Shown here: in pieces, positions 29,210 to 38,983 of the stretch | Layout: every line of letters begins with the position of its first letter | Position numbering within the stretch: position 1 is the stretch's first letter | Assembly: GCA_028278105.1 (NCBI GenBank) | Contig: JANQEX010000077.1 | Span: 2,030 to 66,029 of the forward strand | Source: Alphaproteobacteria bacterium | Lineage (GTDB): Bacteria; Pseudomonadota; Alphaproteobacteria; UBA9219; RGZA01 | Reading direction: 5' to 3' | DNA: 64,000 nucleotides | The notes under the pieces: model-generated | Database searches by the model: none | Told to the model about the DNA's origin: nothing | Seen by the model: only the letters and a program-made list of their open reading frames with translations | Made by a program: the position numbers and the translations under genes

Positions 29210-29884
29210 ATGATGCCATCATCCCCCGTTGCGCGGCAAACGGCCAAAATCCTTTTCGATATCGGCGCGGTTCATTTCAACGCCGAAAAGCCGTTTATCT
29301 TCACCTCCGGCTGGGCGAGCCCGGTCTATGTGGATTGCCGCTGGATCATTTCCTGGCTGGAGGCGCGGCGCACCCTGATGCGTCTCGGCGCGGAAAAGCT
29401 GAAAGACGTCGTGGGCGGCGTGGATATCGTGGCGGGGGGCGAGACGGCGGGCATTCCCTTCGCCGCCTTTCTGTCGGAAGAGCTTGGCCGGCCCATGGTT
29501 TACGTGCGCAAGCAGCCCAAGGGCTTCGGGCGCATGGCGCAGATCGAGGGCGATCTGAAAGACGGCGCGCGCGTTCTGCTGGTGGAAGACCTGTCCACCG
29601 ACGGCAAAAGCAAGATCCGGTTCTGCGAAGCGTTGCGCAAGGCGGGCGCGACGGTCGAGCATGCTTTCGTCATTTTCGATTACGGCATCTTCCCGAACGC
29701 CGGAGAGAACATGAAAAAGCTTGGCGTCGCCATGCATCACCTTTGCACCTGGTGGGACGCGCTGGAAGAAGCGCGCGCCGGCAAGCGTTTCGATCAAAAA
29801 ACCCTTGACGAGGTCGAGGCGTTTTTGAAAGACCCGGTCTCGTGGTCGGTGGCCCATGGCGGCGCGACGGGGACGGGGGGGTAG
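29210..29884 (+). CDS. pyrE: Orotate phosphoribosyltransferase
   Basis: PRPP-binding motif VLLVEDLSTDGKS and OPRT N-terminal region. The track ORF starts at 29063, but RBS GGAGA plus ATG at 29210 (MMPSSPVARQTAKILFDIGAV) gives the canonical length. Confidence 0.8.
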   Translation: MMPSSPVARQTAKILFDIGAVHFNAEKPFIFTSGWASPVYVDCRWIISWLEARRTLMRLGAEKLKDVVGGVDIVAGGETAGIPFAAFLSEELGRPMVYVRKQPKGFGRMAQIEGDLKDGARVLLVEDLSTDGKSKIRFCEALRKAGATVEHAFVIFDYGIFPNAGENMKKLGVAMHHLCTWWDALEEARAGKRFDQKTLDEVEAFLKDPVSWSVAHGGATGTGG

Positions 29885-30909
29885 CCATATTCTGGATTGC
29901 GGACTATCGACCTTTGACCTCCGCGCAATGACGCTTTGATAACCGTCATTGCGAGGGAGCTTTGCTCCCGAAGCAATCCAGTGTGATACATTATTCCGCG
30001 AAACACGTCCTTGTGAACGCATCTAAGGTCCTCCCAGGTCCGCGCCCGGACCTCGTCCGTCTCCTGCAAAAGCTCATGCGCGGCGTCCTTGATGAAATGC
30101 GCGGCGCAGTTGGGAAGAAGGGCCGCGATGTCCTTCATCGCCCGCGAGTCCACCAGCGGATCGTCTTCGGGGCCCAGCAGCAGGTAAGGGCCATTCGGCG
30201 CGCCGCGCTTCAAGGCGCGTTCCAGCCTGCGGGCCGAGGCGAAGGCGGCTGAAAGCCAGCCCAGCGTCACGCCGCCCGCTTTCAGCATGGGATTGTCGCG
30301 CAAGGTCATTTGCAGGACGCGATAGCGCCCGGCGTCGCGGGTAAGGGAGTTGCCCGCGAAGGGCCGGGTCGCGGGGTCGGCGTTTTTCTGTCCCGGCGCG
30401 AAAAGCTTTCCAAGACCAAGCAGGGCGGCCGATCCGGCAATCCACTCCGCCACGGGACAGGCGATGCGTCCGGTCTTCACCCGCTGCATGGGGCTCAGCA
30501 AAATCGCGCCCTTGATGTTTTCGGCGGGCCGCGCCTCGGCATACCAGCGCAGCAGCAGATGCGCGCCCATCGAATGGCCCATGAGCAACAGCGGCGTGGC
30601 GTCGCCCATGAAATACTCTTTGTAGAAAGCGCTGAAATCCCGCAGAAGAACGTCGAATCCCGGAAGCCAGGCGCGGCTCCGGTCGTTCTCCAGAAAGCGG
30701 GAGGAAAGCCCCTGCCCCCGCCGTTCCGCCACCACGGTCTCGAACCCGCGCTCGTGCCAAAGCTGCGCGATGCTCTCGTATTTCTCCAGCCATTCGCCCC
30801 AGCCCATGAAGACCAGCACGCAGCCGCGCGCGGGCTTCGGCCCGGCAAGCCGCGCCCAGCGCATGAAGCCCCCGCCCGGACAGGGAAAGGTGGAGATTTC
30901 GTAGCTCAT
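29794..30909 (-). CDS. Alpha/beta hydrolase (lysophospholipase-like)
   Basis: 371-aa ORF with the nucleophile elbow GHSMGA, an HGxxE-type region near the N-terminus (LVFMGWGEWLEKY), and a catalytic His region (AAHELL). The 3' end overlaps pyrE convergently. Confidence 0.6.
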   Translation of the reverse strand: MSYEISTFPCPGGGFMRWARLAGPKPARGCVLVFMGWGEWLEKYESIAQLWHERGFETVVAERRGQGLSSRFLENDRSRAWLPGFDVLLRDFSAFYKEYFMGDATPLLLMGHSMGAHLLLRWYAEARPAENIKGAILLSPMQRVKTGRIACPVAEWIAGSAALLGLGKLFAPGQKNADPATRPFAGNSLTRDAGRYRVLQMTLRDNPMLKAGGVTLGWLSAAFASARRLERALKRGAPNGPYLLLGPEDDPLVDSRAMKDIAALLPNCAAHFIKDAAHELLQETDEVRARTWEDLRCVHKDVFRGIMYHTGLLREQSSLAMTVIKASLRGGQRSIVRNPEYGYPPVPVAPPWATDHETGSFKNASTSSRVF

Positions 30910-31074
30910 CGGGGGAAAAGGTTAGGGGCCCGCCGGATTTTTGTCATCTGGAGACAAATGAAAAAGCCTATGAGAAAGCCTATTCTGTTATGAGCGGAAA
31001 TCATTGGGCGTAAGCCAAAAACATGCATGTTCGCGGATGGCAAAGAGGCAGGAGTTGTTCGGGGCCTGGTAGTA

Positions 31075-31977
31075 TTATACAAGAAGCCGCAGAAACCTTG
31101 ATTTTGTTGAATCACTCGCGTAACGCTGCGGAGGGGCTTTTATTTTTCGCAAGCGCTCATAGCGTTGTTCATGGTCCGGATGCCTTTGGAACAGTGTGTA
31201 CCTTAAGAACCTTACAGGCAAGCGCAGGTACGCCCATGTTTTTTTGGAAATGGAATAACGTTTCCATGTTTTTCCGTAACGCTTTGTCCTTGACTTCGCC
31301 CCGGAAAAGTCTGCGGCAGCCGTTTCAGGATCTCTGGTAAGAACGGCGCCAACCCGGTCGGCTTGAAACTCGTTCTGGCGGGAATGGTACATAAGAGTCC
31401 CAAACGCGGGCAGGAACCCTAAAAGGAAACTCGTATAGAAAGTGGGGCTGAACAGAAAAAGAAGGGCTATATTCTGGGGAGAATGCCTGAGCTTTACGTG
31501 AGCCAACTCATGACCAAGAATAGCCCGAAGCTCTTTCTTGGTTTTATATTGTAGGTAATCTGAAGAAAATGCGATTATGTCTTTATGAAACATGCGTAGC
31601 GTAGCGGTCCGTTTAGGATGGATGCGTATATCAGGAGGGCGTCGTAATCCCATCCTTGCGCACAATTTTTCATTTTCTTTTCGCAGATATGTTAGTTTTT
31701 CTTGAATGTCGGGATCACTGGTTTCCCTGGTTCTGTAAATGAATTGATTTAATAGCATGCGCCCCCCAAAAATAGCCATAGTCATCGTTAACCCCGTCAC
31801 CGAACGAAGTGGAGAAAGGTAAAAAGAAGCGCAACACTCCAGCCCCGCGAGTGCAAAGCAGGCCAAAGTTCGTCTTTTTTCTCGCGGCAACGGTTCGAGC
31901 GTATCAAGCTCTGGCGCAATGCCCGGAGTTTTTTTCATTGCCGCCGGTTGCCGCATTTTTTGCAGTTGGGATGTCAT
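31075..31977 (-). CDS. M48-family zinc metallopeptidase (HtpX-like), in an AT-rich island
   Basis: HELAHVKLRH zinc-binding HExxH motif within a hydrophobic protein. The island at roughly 30910-32240 has much lower GC than its surroundings. Confidence 0.6.
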   Translation of the reverse strand: MTSQLQKMRQPAAMKKTPGIAPELDTLEPLPREKRRTLACFALAGLECCASFYLSPLRSVTGLTMTMAIFGGRMLLNQFIYRTRETSDPDIQEKLTYLRKENEKLCARMGLRRPPDIRIHPKRTATLRMFHKDIIAFSSDYLQYKTKKELRAILGHELAHVKLRHSPQNIALLFLFSPTFYTSFLLGFLPAFGTLMYHSRQNEFQADRVGAVLTRDPETAAADFSGAKSRTKRYGKTWKRYSISKKTWAYLRLPVRFLRYTLFQRHPDHEQRYERLRKIKAPPQRYASDSTKSRFLRLLV

Positions 31978-32240
31978 GCATCAGGGGCTCACGTCTTAAT
32001 CTCATCATTATATCATAATGGCATTGAAACTAATCTCAGGAATTGATCCGGTTTCCGGCTTGCGTTTTCGGCCGTCGCCATTTTTGTCGTCCAAATCAAG
32101 CTCTGTGTTTGCGCTTCGCCTTTTTGAAACTTGAATCACGTCCCTCTTTAACGCATGTTCAAAGAGGTTAATGCCCTGCAAAATGCCCCGTCGCCGGCAT
32201 TCGCCGGAAGCATGCGAAATTTCAAAAGAATTTCTGAATC

Positions 32241-33167
32241 ATGCAAATTTATTCCAACACCGCCGCGCTGCCGCGGGAAGCCAGGGGAGCCGTGGCGGCG
32301 CTTGGCAATTTTGACGGGCTGCATCGCGGCCACCGGGCGGTGCTGCATGCCGCCCGCGCCTTGGCCGCCGCCGGGAACCGGCCGTTCGCCGCCGTGACCT
32401 TCGAGCCGCATCCGCATCGCGTTTTCTTTCCCGGTGATGCGCCTTTCCGCCTCACGCCGCCGGTGTTGAAGCGCGAATTGCTGGCCGAAATGGGCGTGGA
32501 AATTCTCTACGAAATTCCCTTCACGCCCGAATTCGCAAAGGTCCCGGCGCGGGAATTCATGCAGCGCATTTTGCTGGAGGAGCTGGACCTGGCCCATGCC
32601 GTGGCGGGGCATGATTTCGTGTTCGGCCACAAGCGCGCGGGCGGCATGCCGATGCTGCGCGATTTCTTCGGCGGGCGCGAGCGCAGCGTGACCGAAATCG
32701 CCCCCCAGCGCGACGCCGGGCGGAATATCTGGTCCTCCACCCGCATCCGCGCGCAGTTGCAGGCGGGCGATGTGAAAGGCGCGGCCGAGGCGCTGGGCCG
32801 TCCCTGGGAGATTGAAAGCGTCGTGCAAAAGGGCGACGGCGCGGGGCGGCGGCTCGGCTTTCCCACGGCCAATCTTGATCTGGGCGAAACCCTGCGCCCG
32901 CGCCTGGGCGTTTACGCGGTCCGCGCGAAGCTGGATGGCGTGAAAATTCCGGGCGTGGCCAATCTTGGCGTGCGCCCCACCCTGGGCGGCAGGGACGAGC
33001 GCTTCGAGGTGCATCTGTTCGATTTTTCGGGTGAGATTTACGGCAAAACCCTGCGCGTGGCGTTGCTGCACTTCATCCGGCCGGAGCAGGCCTTTCCCTC
33101 CCTCGCGGCGCTTTCCGCCCGCATCGCCGAGGATTGCGACGCCGCCCGCGCGCTTCTTGGCCCATGA
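32241..33167 (+). CDS. ribF: Bifunctional riboflavin kinase / FMN adenylyltransferase
   Basis: 308-aa ORF with an N-terminal FAD synthetase domain (GNFDGLHRGH) and a C-terminal riboflavin kinase domain (GFPTANL, PTLGG, EVHLFDF). Confidence 0.9.
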   Translation: MQIYSNTAALPREARGAVAALGNFDGLHRGHRAVLHAARALAAAGNRPFAAVTFEPHPHRVFFPGDAPFRLTPPVLKRELLAEMGVEILYEIPFTPEFAKVPAREFMQRILLEELDLAHAVAGHDFVFGHKRAGGMPMLRDFFGGRERSVTEIAPQRDAGRNIWSSTRIRAQLQAGDVKGAAEALGRPWEIESVVQKGDGAGRRLGFPTANLDLGETLRPRLGVYAVRAKLDGVKIPGVANLGVRPTLGGRDERFEVHLFDFSGEIYGKTLRVALLHFIRPEQAFPSLAALSARIAEDCDAARALLGP

Positions 33168-33188
33168 TCGCCATGAGGATCGGGGCGC

Positions 33189-33258
33189 GAGGGTCATAAG
33201 GGTCAACAGGGCCGGCACGGACCCTCACGACCCTTGTGACCCTTTCGACCCTTTTCAC
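33189..33258. repeat. Family-4 GGGTCA/TGACCC palindromic array
   Basis: GAGGGTCATAAGGGTCAACAGGGCCGGCACGGACCCTCACGACCCTTGTGACCCTTTCGACCC. Confidence 0.7.
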
Positions 33259-33302
33259 ATGGGTGATTCCATTTGGAAAGGAAATACTCTAAAAGCAGGC
33301 GC

Positions 33303-36092
33303 ATGACTGATTACAAGGACACCGTCTTCCTCCCCCAAACGGCTTTTCCGATGCGGGGCGGCCTGCCGAAGAAAGAGCCGGAGATTCTGGCGCTATGGGC
33401 GCGGCTCGGCCTTTACCAGCGCCTGCGCGCGCAGGCGGCGGCGTCCGGCAAATTTGTTCTGCACGATGGCCCGCCTTATGCCAACGGCAACATCCATATC
33501 GGCCACGCGGTCAACAAGATCCTGAAGGACGCCGTCAACCGGTGCGCGCAGATGCTGGGCTATGACGCGCCCTATGTGCCCGGCTGGGATTGCCATGGCC
33601 TGCCCATCGAATGGAAGATCGAGGAAAAATACCGCGCGGCCGGCAAGGACAAGGATGCCGTGCCCATCCTTGATTTCCGCGCCGAGTGCCGCGCGTTCGC
33701 CAGGCACTGGCAGGAGGTGCAAGGCGCCGAGTTCCAGCGTCTGGGCGTGGTGGGCGACTGGGACAATCCCTACAGCACCATGGATTTCCTGTCGGAAGCC
33801 GGTATCGTCCGCGAGATCCACGCATTCGCATCGAACGGCGGGCTTTATCGCGGCGTGAAGTCGGTCATGTGGTCGCCGGTTGAAAAGACGGCGCTGGCCG
33901 AGGCCGAGGTGGAGTATCACGACATCACCTCCACCACGGTTTACGTGAAGTTTCCCATCGTCAAGACCGGCATGCCGGAATTGCAGGGCGCTTCCGTTGT
34001 TGCCTGGACCACCACGCCATGGACCCTGCCGAGCAACCGGGCGCTGGCCTGTGGCACGTTCAGCTATAGCGTGGTGGAAAGCGCCGCCGGAAAACTGGTC
34101 CTGGCTTCCGGTCTTGTGGCTGCCTTTGCAAAAGCCACGGGAATTGAGTTGAAGGAAACCGCCCGCATTCCCGGCGCCGCGCTGCCGGGGACGGTCTGCG
34201 CCCATCCCTTGCGCGGCAGGGGTTATGACTATGACGTGCCGCTTCTGGCGGGCGATTTCGTGACGACCGAGGCCGGCACGGGCTTCGTGCATATCGCCCC
34301 CTCGCATGGCGAGGACGATTACCAGCTTGGCCTGAAACACAAGATCGAGATGCCCGACAACGTGGATGATGAAGGCCGTTTCCGTCCCCACGTGCCCTTG
34401 TTCGCGGGCAGGCTGATCTACAGGCCCAATGGCAAGGAAGGCGACGCCAACCGCGCCGTGACCGGCGCCCTGAAGGAAGCCGGCGCGCTTTTGGGCGAGC
34501 AGAAGATCACCCATTCCTATCCGCATTCCTGGCGCTCGAAAGCGCCGGTTATTTTCCGCGCCACGCCGCAATGGTTCGTGTCGATGGAGGCGAACGGCCT
34601 GCGCGCCGCGGCCCTCGAAGCCATCGGCAAGACGCGCTGGGTGCCGCCGCAGGGCGAACACCGCATCCGCGCGATGATCGAACAGCGGCCCGACTGGTGC
34701 GTCAGCCGCCAGCGCGCCTGGGGCGTGCCGATTGCCATTTTCGTGGAGAAAAAAACCGGCGAAATCCTGCGCGATTCCGAGGTGTTCACGCGCATCGCCC
34801 TTGCCTTTGAAAAGGAAGGAGCCGACGCCTGGTTCGCCCGGCCCGCGCAGGAATTCCTGGGGAACGGTTACAAGGCGGCGGATTACGAACAGGTGTTCGA
34901 TATCGTGGATGTGTGGTTTGAATCCGGCTCCACCCACGGATTCGTGCTGGAGCGGCGCGGCGAGTTGCGCCGCCCGGCGGATTTGTACCTGGAAGGCTCC
35001 GACCAGCATCGCGGCTGGTTTCATTCCTCCTTGCTGGAATCCTGCGGCACGCGCGGCGAAGCGCCCTTCGAGGCGGTGCTGACGCATGGTTTCGTGCTGG
35101 ATGAAAAAGGCAATAAAATGTCGAAATCGGCCGGCAACACCGTCGCGCCGCAGAAGGTGATCGAGCAAATGGGCGCGGACATCCTGCGTCTTTGGGTCCT
35201 CGGCGCCGATTACACCGAAGACCTTCGCGTCGGCCCCGAAATACTCAAGCAGACATCCGAGACCTACCGCCGCCTGCGCAACACCTTGCGCTATCTGCTG
35301 GGCGCGCTGGCCGGGTTTGGCGAGGAAGAGAAAATCCCCCCCCGCGACATGCCGGAGCTTGAGCGCTGGGTGCTGCACCGTTTGTTCGAGCTGGACGGCG
35401 TGGCGCGCGCCTGCATCCGCGATTTCAACTTCACGCGGTTGACGGGCGAGCTTCACCATTTCTGCGCGGTGGATCTTTCGGCCTTCTATTTCGACATCCG
35501 CAAGGACAGCCTCTATTGCGACGCGCGCCGCAGCCCCCGCCGCCGCGCGGCCCGCACGGCGATGAACGCGGTTTTTGAAAAGCTCGTTCTCTGGCTTGCG
35601 CCGCTTCTGTGCTTTACGGCGGAAGAGGCGTGGCAGGTCCGCCGCGCGGAAGGCGGCAACGGCGCGGAATCCGTGCATCTGGAGTTGTTCCACGGCATTC
35701 CCGAAGACTGGCGGGATGCGGCGCTGGCCGGAAAATGGGCCGGCTTGCGCCGGCTGCGCGCGGTCGTGACCGGCGCGCTGGAAATCGCGCGCCATGACGG
35801 GAAAATCGGCTCCGGCCTTCAGGCCGCGCCCGTCCTTTACGTCGACGCCGGCCAGGCCAAACTTCTTGAGGGCGCGGATTTTGCCGAAATCTGCATCACC
35901 TCGTCACTGCGGGTTGAAGAAACGCCGCCGCCCGCCGGCGCCTTCACGCTTGCCGATGTTCCGGGCGCCGGGGTTGTGGTGGACGAAGCGCCGGGGCATA
36001 AATGCGCGCGCTGCTGGCGCGTCCTGCCCGAAGTTGGCCAAAGCGCCGCCCATCCCGCCCTGTGCCGCCGCTGCGAGGACGTGGTGGGATGA
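33303..36092 (+). CDS. ileS: Isoleucine--tRNA ligase
   Basis: Class I aaRS HIGH (PYANGNIHIGH) and KMSKS motifs, a CP1 editing domain and a C-terminal zinc-binding cysteine cluster. The start was chosen at ATG 33303 (MTDYKDTVFLPQT). Confidence 0.9.
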   Translation: MTDYKDTVFLPQTAFPMRGGLPKKEPEILALWARLGLYQRLRAQAAASGKFVLHDGPPYANGNIHIGHAVNKILKDAVNRCAQMLGYDAPYVPGWDCHGLPIEWKIEEKYRAAGKDKDAVPILDFRAECRAFARHWQEVQGAEFQRLGVVGDWDNPYSTMDFLSEAGIVREIHAFASNGGLYRGVKSVMWSPVEKTALAEAEVEYHDITSTTVYVKFPIVKTGMPELQGASVVAWTTTPWTLPSNRALACGTFSYSVVESAAGKLVLASGLVAAFAKATGIELKETARIPGAALPGTVCAHPLRGRGYDYDVPLLAGDFVTTEAGTGFVHIAPSHGEDDYQLGLKHKIEMPDNVDDEGRFRPHVPLFAGRLIYRPNGKEGDANRAVTGALKEAGALLGEQKITHSYPHSWRSKAPVIFRATPQWFVSMEANGLRAAALEAIGKTRWVPPQGEHRIRAMIEQRPDWCVSRQRAWGVPIAIFVEKKTGEILRDSEVFTRIALAFEKEGADAWFARPAQEFLGNGYKAADYEQVFDIVDVWFESGSTHGFVLERRGELRRPADLYLEGSDQHRGWFHSSLLESCGTRGEAPFEAVLTHGFVLDEKGNKMSKSAGNTVAPQKVIEQMGADILRLWVLGADYTEDLRVGPEILKQTSETYRRLRNTLRYLLGALAGFGEEEKIPPRDMPELERWVLHRLFELDGVARACIRDFNFTRLTGELHHFCAVDLSAFYFDIRKDSLYCDARRSPRRRAARTAMNAVFEKLVLWLAPLLCFTAEEAWQVRRAEGGNGAESVHLELFHGIPEDWRDAALAGKWAGLRRLRAVVTGALEIARHDGKIGSGLQAAPVLYVDAGQAKLLEGADFAEICITSSLRVEETPPPAGAFTLADVPGAGVVVDEAPGHKCARCWRVLPEVGQSAAHPALCRRCEDVVG

Positions 36093-36107
36093 GTCAGAGC
36101 CAAGGCA

Positions 36108-36425
36108 CACCATATTTCCTCTCCCCCAAGGGGAGAGGTTGCAACAACTTCCGTTTAGCGAAGCTAAACGGTTATACCAACGAACTTATGAACGGACACA
36201 CGCCAATAAGGTAATGCGTCATGCCCGCGGAGGCGGGCATCCACGCTGAAAAACCATCAAAACAAAAGTTTTAAAGCGTGGACCCCCGCCGTTGCGGGGG
36301 TGACGGTTGTGCTTTTGGTGTGAGTCATTTCATAAGACCGCTGGTATTAGTTGTTGCTGGTGAGGGGTTCTCTTTCCCAACCGCATAACCCCACCCCTTA
36401 ATCCCCTCCCTCAAGGGGAGGGGAA
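36108..36425. repeat. Intergenic region with two family-5 CCCCTCCC/GGGAGGGG hairpins and additional palindromes
   Basis: 36108-36139 CTCTCCCCCAAGGGGAGAGG. 36391-36425 CCCCACCCCTTAATCCCCTCCCTCAAGGGGAGGGG. Also GTCATGCCCGCGGAGGCGGGCATCC and GTGGACCCCCGCCGTTGCGGGGGTGACGG. Confidence 0.65.
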
Positions 36426-36434
36426 ATGTTATGA

Positions 36435-36947
36435 TTGTTCTATAGCCCCATGAAACAGAACACCGCCACCTTTCGCCTTCTCGTCCTTCCGCTGCTGCTG
36501 GCCCTGGCGGTGGCCGTGCTGGATCAGGCCACGAAGCTGGCCGTCCTGAACCATTTTTCGCAAGCGCATGGGGCGGTGGAGGTCACGTCCTTTTTCAACA
36601 TCGTTCTGGTCATGAACAGGGGCATCAGCTTTGGCCTGTTCGGCCAGGCCCCGGCGCCGGATCTTTTCGCGCTGCTGGCGCTGGCCATTTTTGTGGCGCT
36701 GATGCTCTGGCTTGCCCGCGCCAAAAGCGCGTTCACGGCCTGTGCGCTGGGCCTGCTCATGGGCGGGGCCGTCGGCAACACCATCGACCGGCTGCGTCTG
36801 GGCGCGGTGGTGGATTTCCTTGATTTTCACGCTTTTGGCCAGCATTGGCCGTCTTTCAATGTTGCTGACAGCGCGGTTGTCACGGGGGTGACGCTGCTTT
36901 TGCTGCAAACCCTTGTTTTTGACAAAAAAACGCGGCATTCCTCATAG
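36435..36947 (+). CDS. lspA: Lipoprotein signal peptidase II
   Basis: 170-aa four-TM ORF with LspA motifs (NRGISFGLF, GGAVGNTIDR, VVDFLDFH). Follows ileS as usual. Confidence 0.85.
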   Translation: MFYSPMKQNTATFRLLVLPLLLALAVAVLDQATKLAVLNHFSQAHGAVEVTSFFNIVLVMNRGISFGLFGQAPAPDLFALLALAIFVALMLWLARAKSAFTACALGLLMGGAVGNTIDRLRLGAVVDFLDFHAFGQHWPSFNVADSAVVTGVTLLLLQTLVFDKKTRHSS

Positions 36948-36968
36948 TCCTCCCTTTGGCTTGAAAGC

Positions 36969-37547
36969 GTGACTCTCATGCGGATTTTACCTTTCTGTTC
37001 CGTCTTTCTCGCGGCGCTGGCCCTTGGCGGCTGTTCGGATACGCGCGCGTTTCTGGGCCTGACCAACACGCCGCCCGACGAATTCATGGTCGTCGATCAT
37101 CCGCCGCTTTCCATGCCGCCCGATTACGAGCTTCGCCCGCCCAAGCCCGGCGCCGCCTCGCCGCAAAAGGTGTGGCCGTCCGGCATGGCGGCCGAGGCGC
37201 TCTACGGCAAGGGCAGGATGGAAATGGTGCAGGCCAGGGGCGCGCCCAGCGTGGCGCGGGACAATCTCAGCACGGCGGAGCGGGCGCTGGTGGCCGGCGC
37301 GGGCGTGCAGGCGGCCGATCCGCATATCCGCAGCACGCTGGACCGCGAAGCCTCGCAGCAGGTGGTGGTCCGCCGCCGCCTGATCGACGCCATCCTGTTC
37401 TGGCGCGAGCCGGCAAGGGCCGCCGCTCCGGTGGTCGACGCCGTGGCCGAGCATCAGCGCCTGAAAGCGGCGCAAAAGGCCAAACAGCCCGTCACGGCGG
37501 GCGGCACGCCCATCCTGACCCCCGCGGGCGGAAGCACGATTCCGTAG
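36969..37547 (+). CDS. DUF3035-family lipoprotein
   Basis: 192-aa ORF with a lipoprotein signal peptide and lipobox (LAALALGGCS). Its conserved position between lspA and the M16 peptidase pair is seen in other alphaproteobacteria. Confidence 0.6.
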   Translation: MTLMRILPFCSVFLAALALGGCSDTRAFLGLTNTPPDEFMVVDHPPLSMPPDYELRPPKPGAASPQKVWPSGMAAEALYGKGRMEMVQARGAPSVARDNLSTAERALVAGAGVQAADPHIRSTLDREASQQVVVRRRLIDAILFWREPARAAAPVVDAVAEHQRLKAAQKAKQPVTAGGTPILTPAGGSTIP

Positions 37548-37552
37548 GCGTG

Positions 37553-38983
37553 ATGCATAAGACGGCTTGGCTCTTCGGGCATGTTCGGGACAAACAGACG
37601 GGTCACCCCCGCGCCCGTCATAAACTTGTCATTGCCCTGTTCTTGTTTTTTTCGCTGGCCGCGCCGGTGGCGGATGCCGCGGTTTTCAACGCCAGGACAC
37701 AGACCCTTGCCAACGGACTTCAGGTCGTGGTGGTGGAAAACCACCGCGCGCCGGTGGTGGCGCATATGCTGTGGATCAAGGCGGGCGCGGCCGACGATCC
37801 GCCGGGCAAATCGGGCCTGGCCCATTATCTTGAGCATCTCATGTTCAAGGGCACGAAGAAATATCCCGAAGGCGAATACAGCCGCCGCATCGCCCGCATC
37901 GGCGGCACGGAAAACGCCTTCACCTCCTACGACATGACCGCCTATCACGCGATGGTGGCAAGGCAGCATCTGCCGCGCGTGATGGAGCTGGAGTCCGACC
38001 GCCTGGCCCATCTGGCCATCATGCCCGAAGCGGCGGAGCGGGAACGGAAGGTTGTTCTGGACGAGCGCCGCCAGCGCATGGACACCAATCCCTATGCGCC
38101 CTTTGCCCTGCGCATGGCGGCGACGCTGTTCCCGCGTCATCCCTATGGCACGCCGGTGATCGGCTGGCAAAAGGAGGTGGAAAGCTTTACCGCCGAAGAC
38201 GCGCGCGCCTTTTACCGGCGCTGGTACCGGCCCGCCAACGCGGTTCTGGTGGTCAGCGGCGACGTGAAGGCGGAAGAGGTTTTCGCGCTGGCCGGAAAAT
38301 ACTATGGCCCGCTGGAGGGCGGCGGAAAAATCACCCGCGCCCGCCTGGCCGACCCTGATCTGCCGGGCGACATCCATATAACCATGAAAGTTGAAGGCGC
38401 GCGCGAGCGCCTGCTGCGGTTTAAGGTGCGCGCGCCGTCATCCCGGCTGGACGGGAAACGCGCGCTGGCCCTTCAGGTGCTGCAGGAGGTGCTGGACGGC
38501 TCCGACGCCGCGCGCCTGCCCCGCGCCATGGTGGAGGAAAAGCGGTTGGCCAGCAGGGTGAATTGCGGCTACGACCCTGATGATTACGACGCGACCGCTT
38601 TTTCCATCACCCTTGTTCCAGGGGAAGGAAAAACGGATGACGCGGTGAAAGAAGGCCTTCGCGGGACGCTTCAGGCCGCCGAAACCGGCATCACCGTCGC
38701 CGAGGTGGAGAAAGCCAAAAGCAGCCTGCAACGCGCGGCGATCTTCGCCCGCGACAGCGTCATGGGCCCGGCCTATACCATCGGCCGGGCGCTGGCCGGC
38801 GGGCAAAAGCTGGATGCGGTGGAGAACTGGCCCGAACACATCGCCGCCGTCACGCGCGATGACGTCATCGCCGCCCTGAAGAGCATCAACGCCGCGCCCG
38901 CCGTTTGGGGCAGCGTCGTGCCGGGGACGGCGGCCGGTGGCGTGACCGCGCCGCTCCCTGCGCCGGTGAAGGAGATACGATGA
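37553..38983 (+). CDS. M16-family zinc peptidase (pitrilysin/insulinase-like, active subunit)
   Basis: Inverted zinc motif HYLEHLMFKGT (HxxEH) and a signal peptide. The start was chosen at ATG 37553; the track ORF begins at 37172. Confidence 0.75.
   Translation: MHKTAWLFGHVRDKQTGHPRARHKLVIALFLFFSLAAPVADAAVFNARTQTLANGLQVVVVENHRAPVVAHMLWIKAGAADDPPGKSGLAHYLEHLMFKGTKKYPEGEYSRRIARIGGTENAFTSYDMTAYHAMVARQHLPRVMELESDRLAHLAIMPEAAERERKVVLDERRQRMDTNPYAPFALRMAATLFPRHPYGTPVIGWQKEVESFTAEDARAFYRRWYRPANAVLVVSGDVKAEEVFALAGKYYGPLEGGGKITRARLADPDLPGDIHITMKVEGARERLLRFKVRAPSSRLDGKRALALQVLQEVLDGSDAARLPRAMVEEKRLASRVNCGYDPDDYDATAFSITLVPGEGKTDDAVKEGLRGTLQAAETGITVAEVEKAKSSLQRAAIFARDSVMGPAYTIGRALAGGQKLDAVENWPEHIAAVTRDDVIAALKSINAAPAVWGSVVPGTAAGGVTAPLPAPVKEIR

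Noticed and set aside
33393-35795. 800-aa minus-strand ORF
   Set aside because: Antisense to ileS; ileS has HIGH/KMSKS motifs and correct length.
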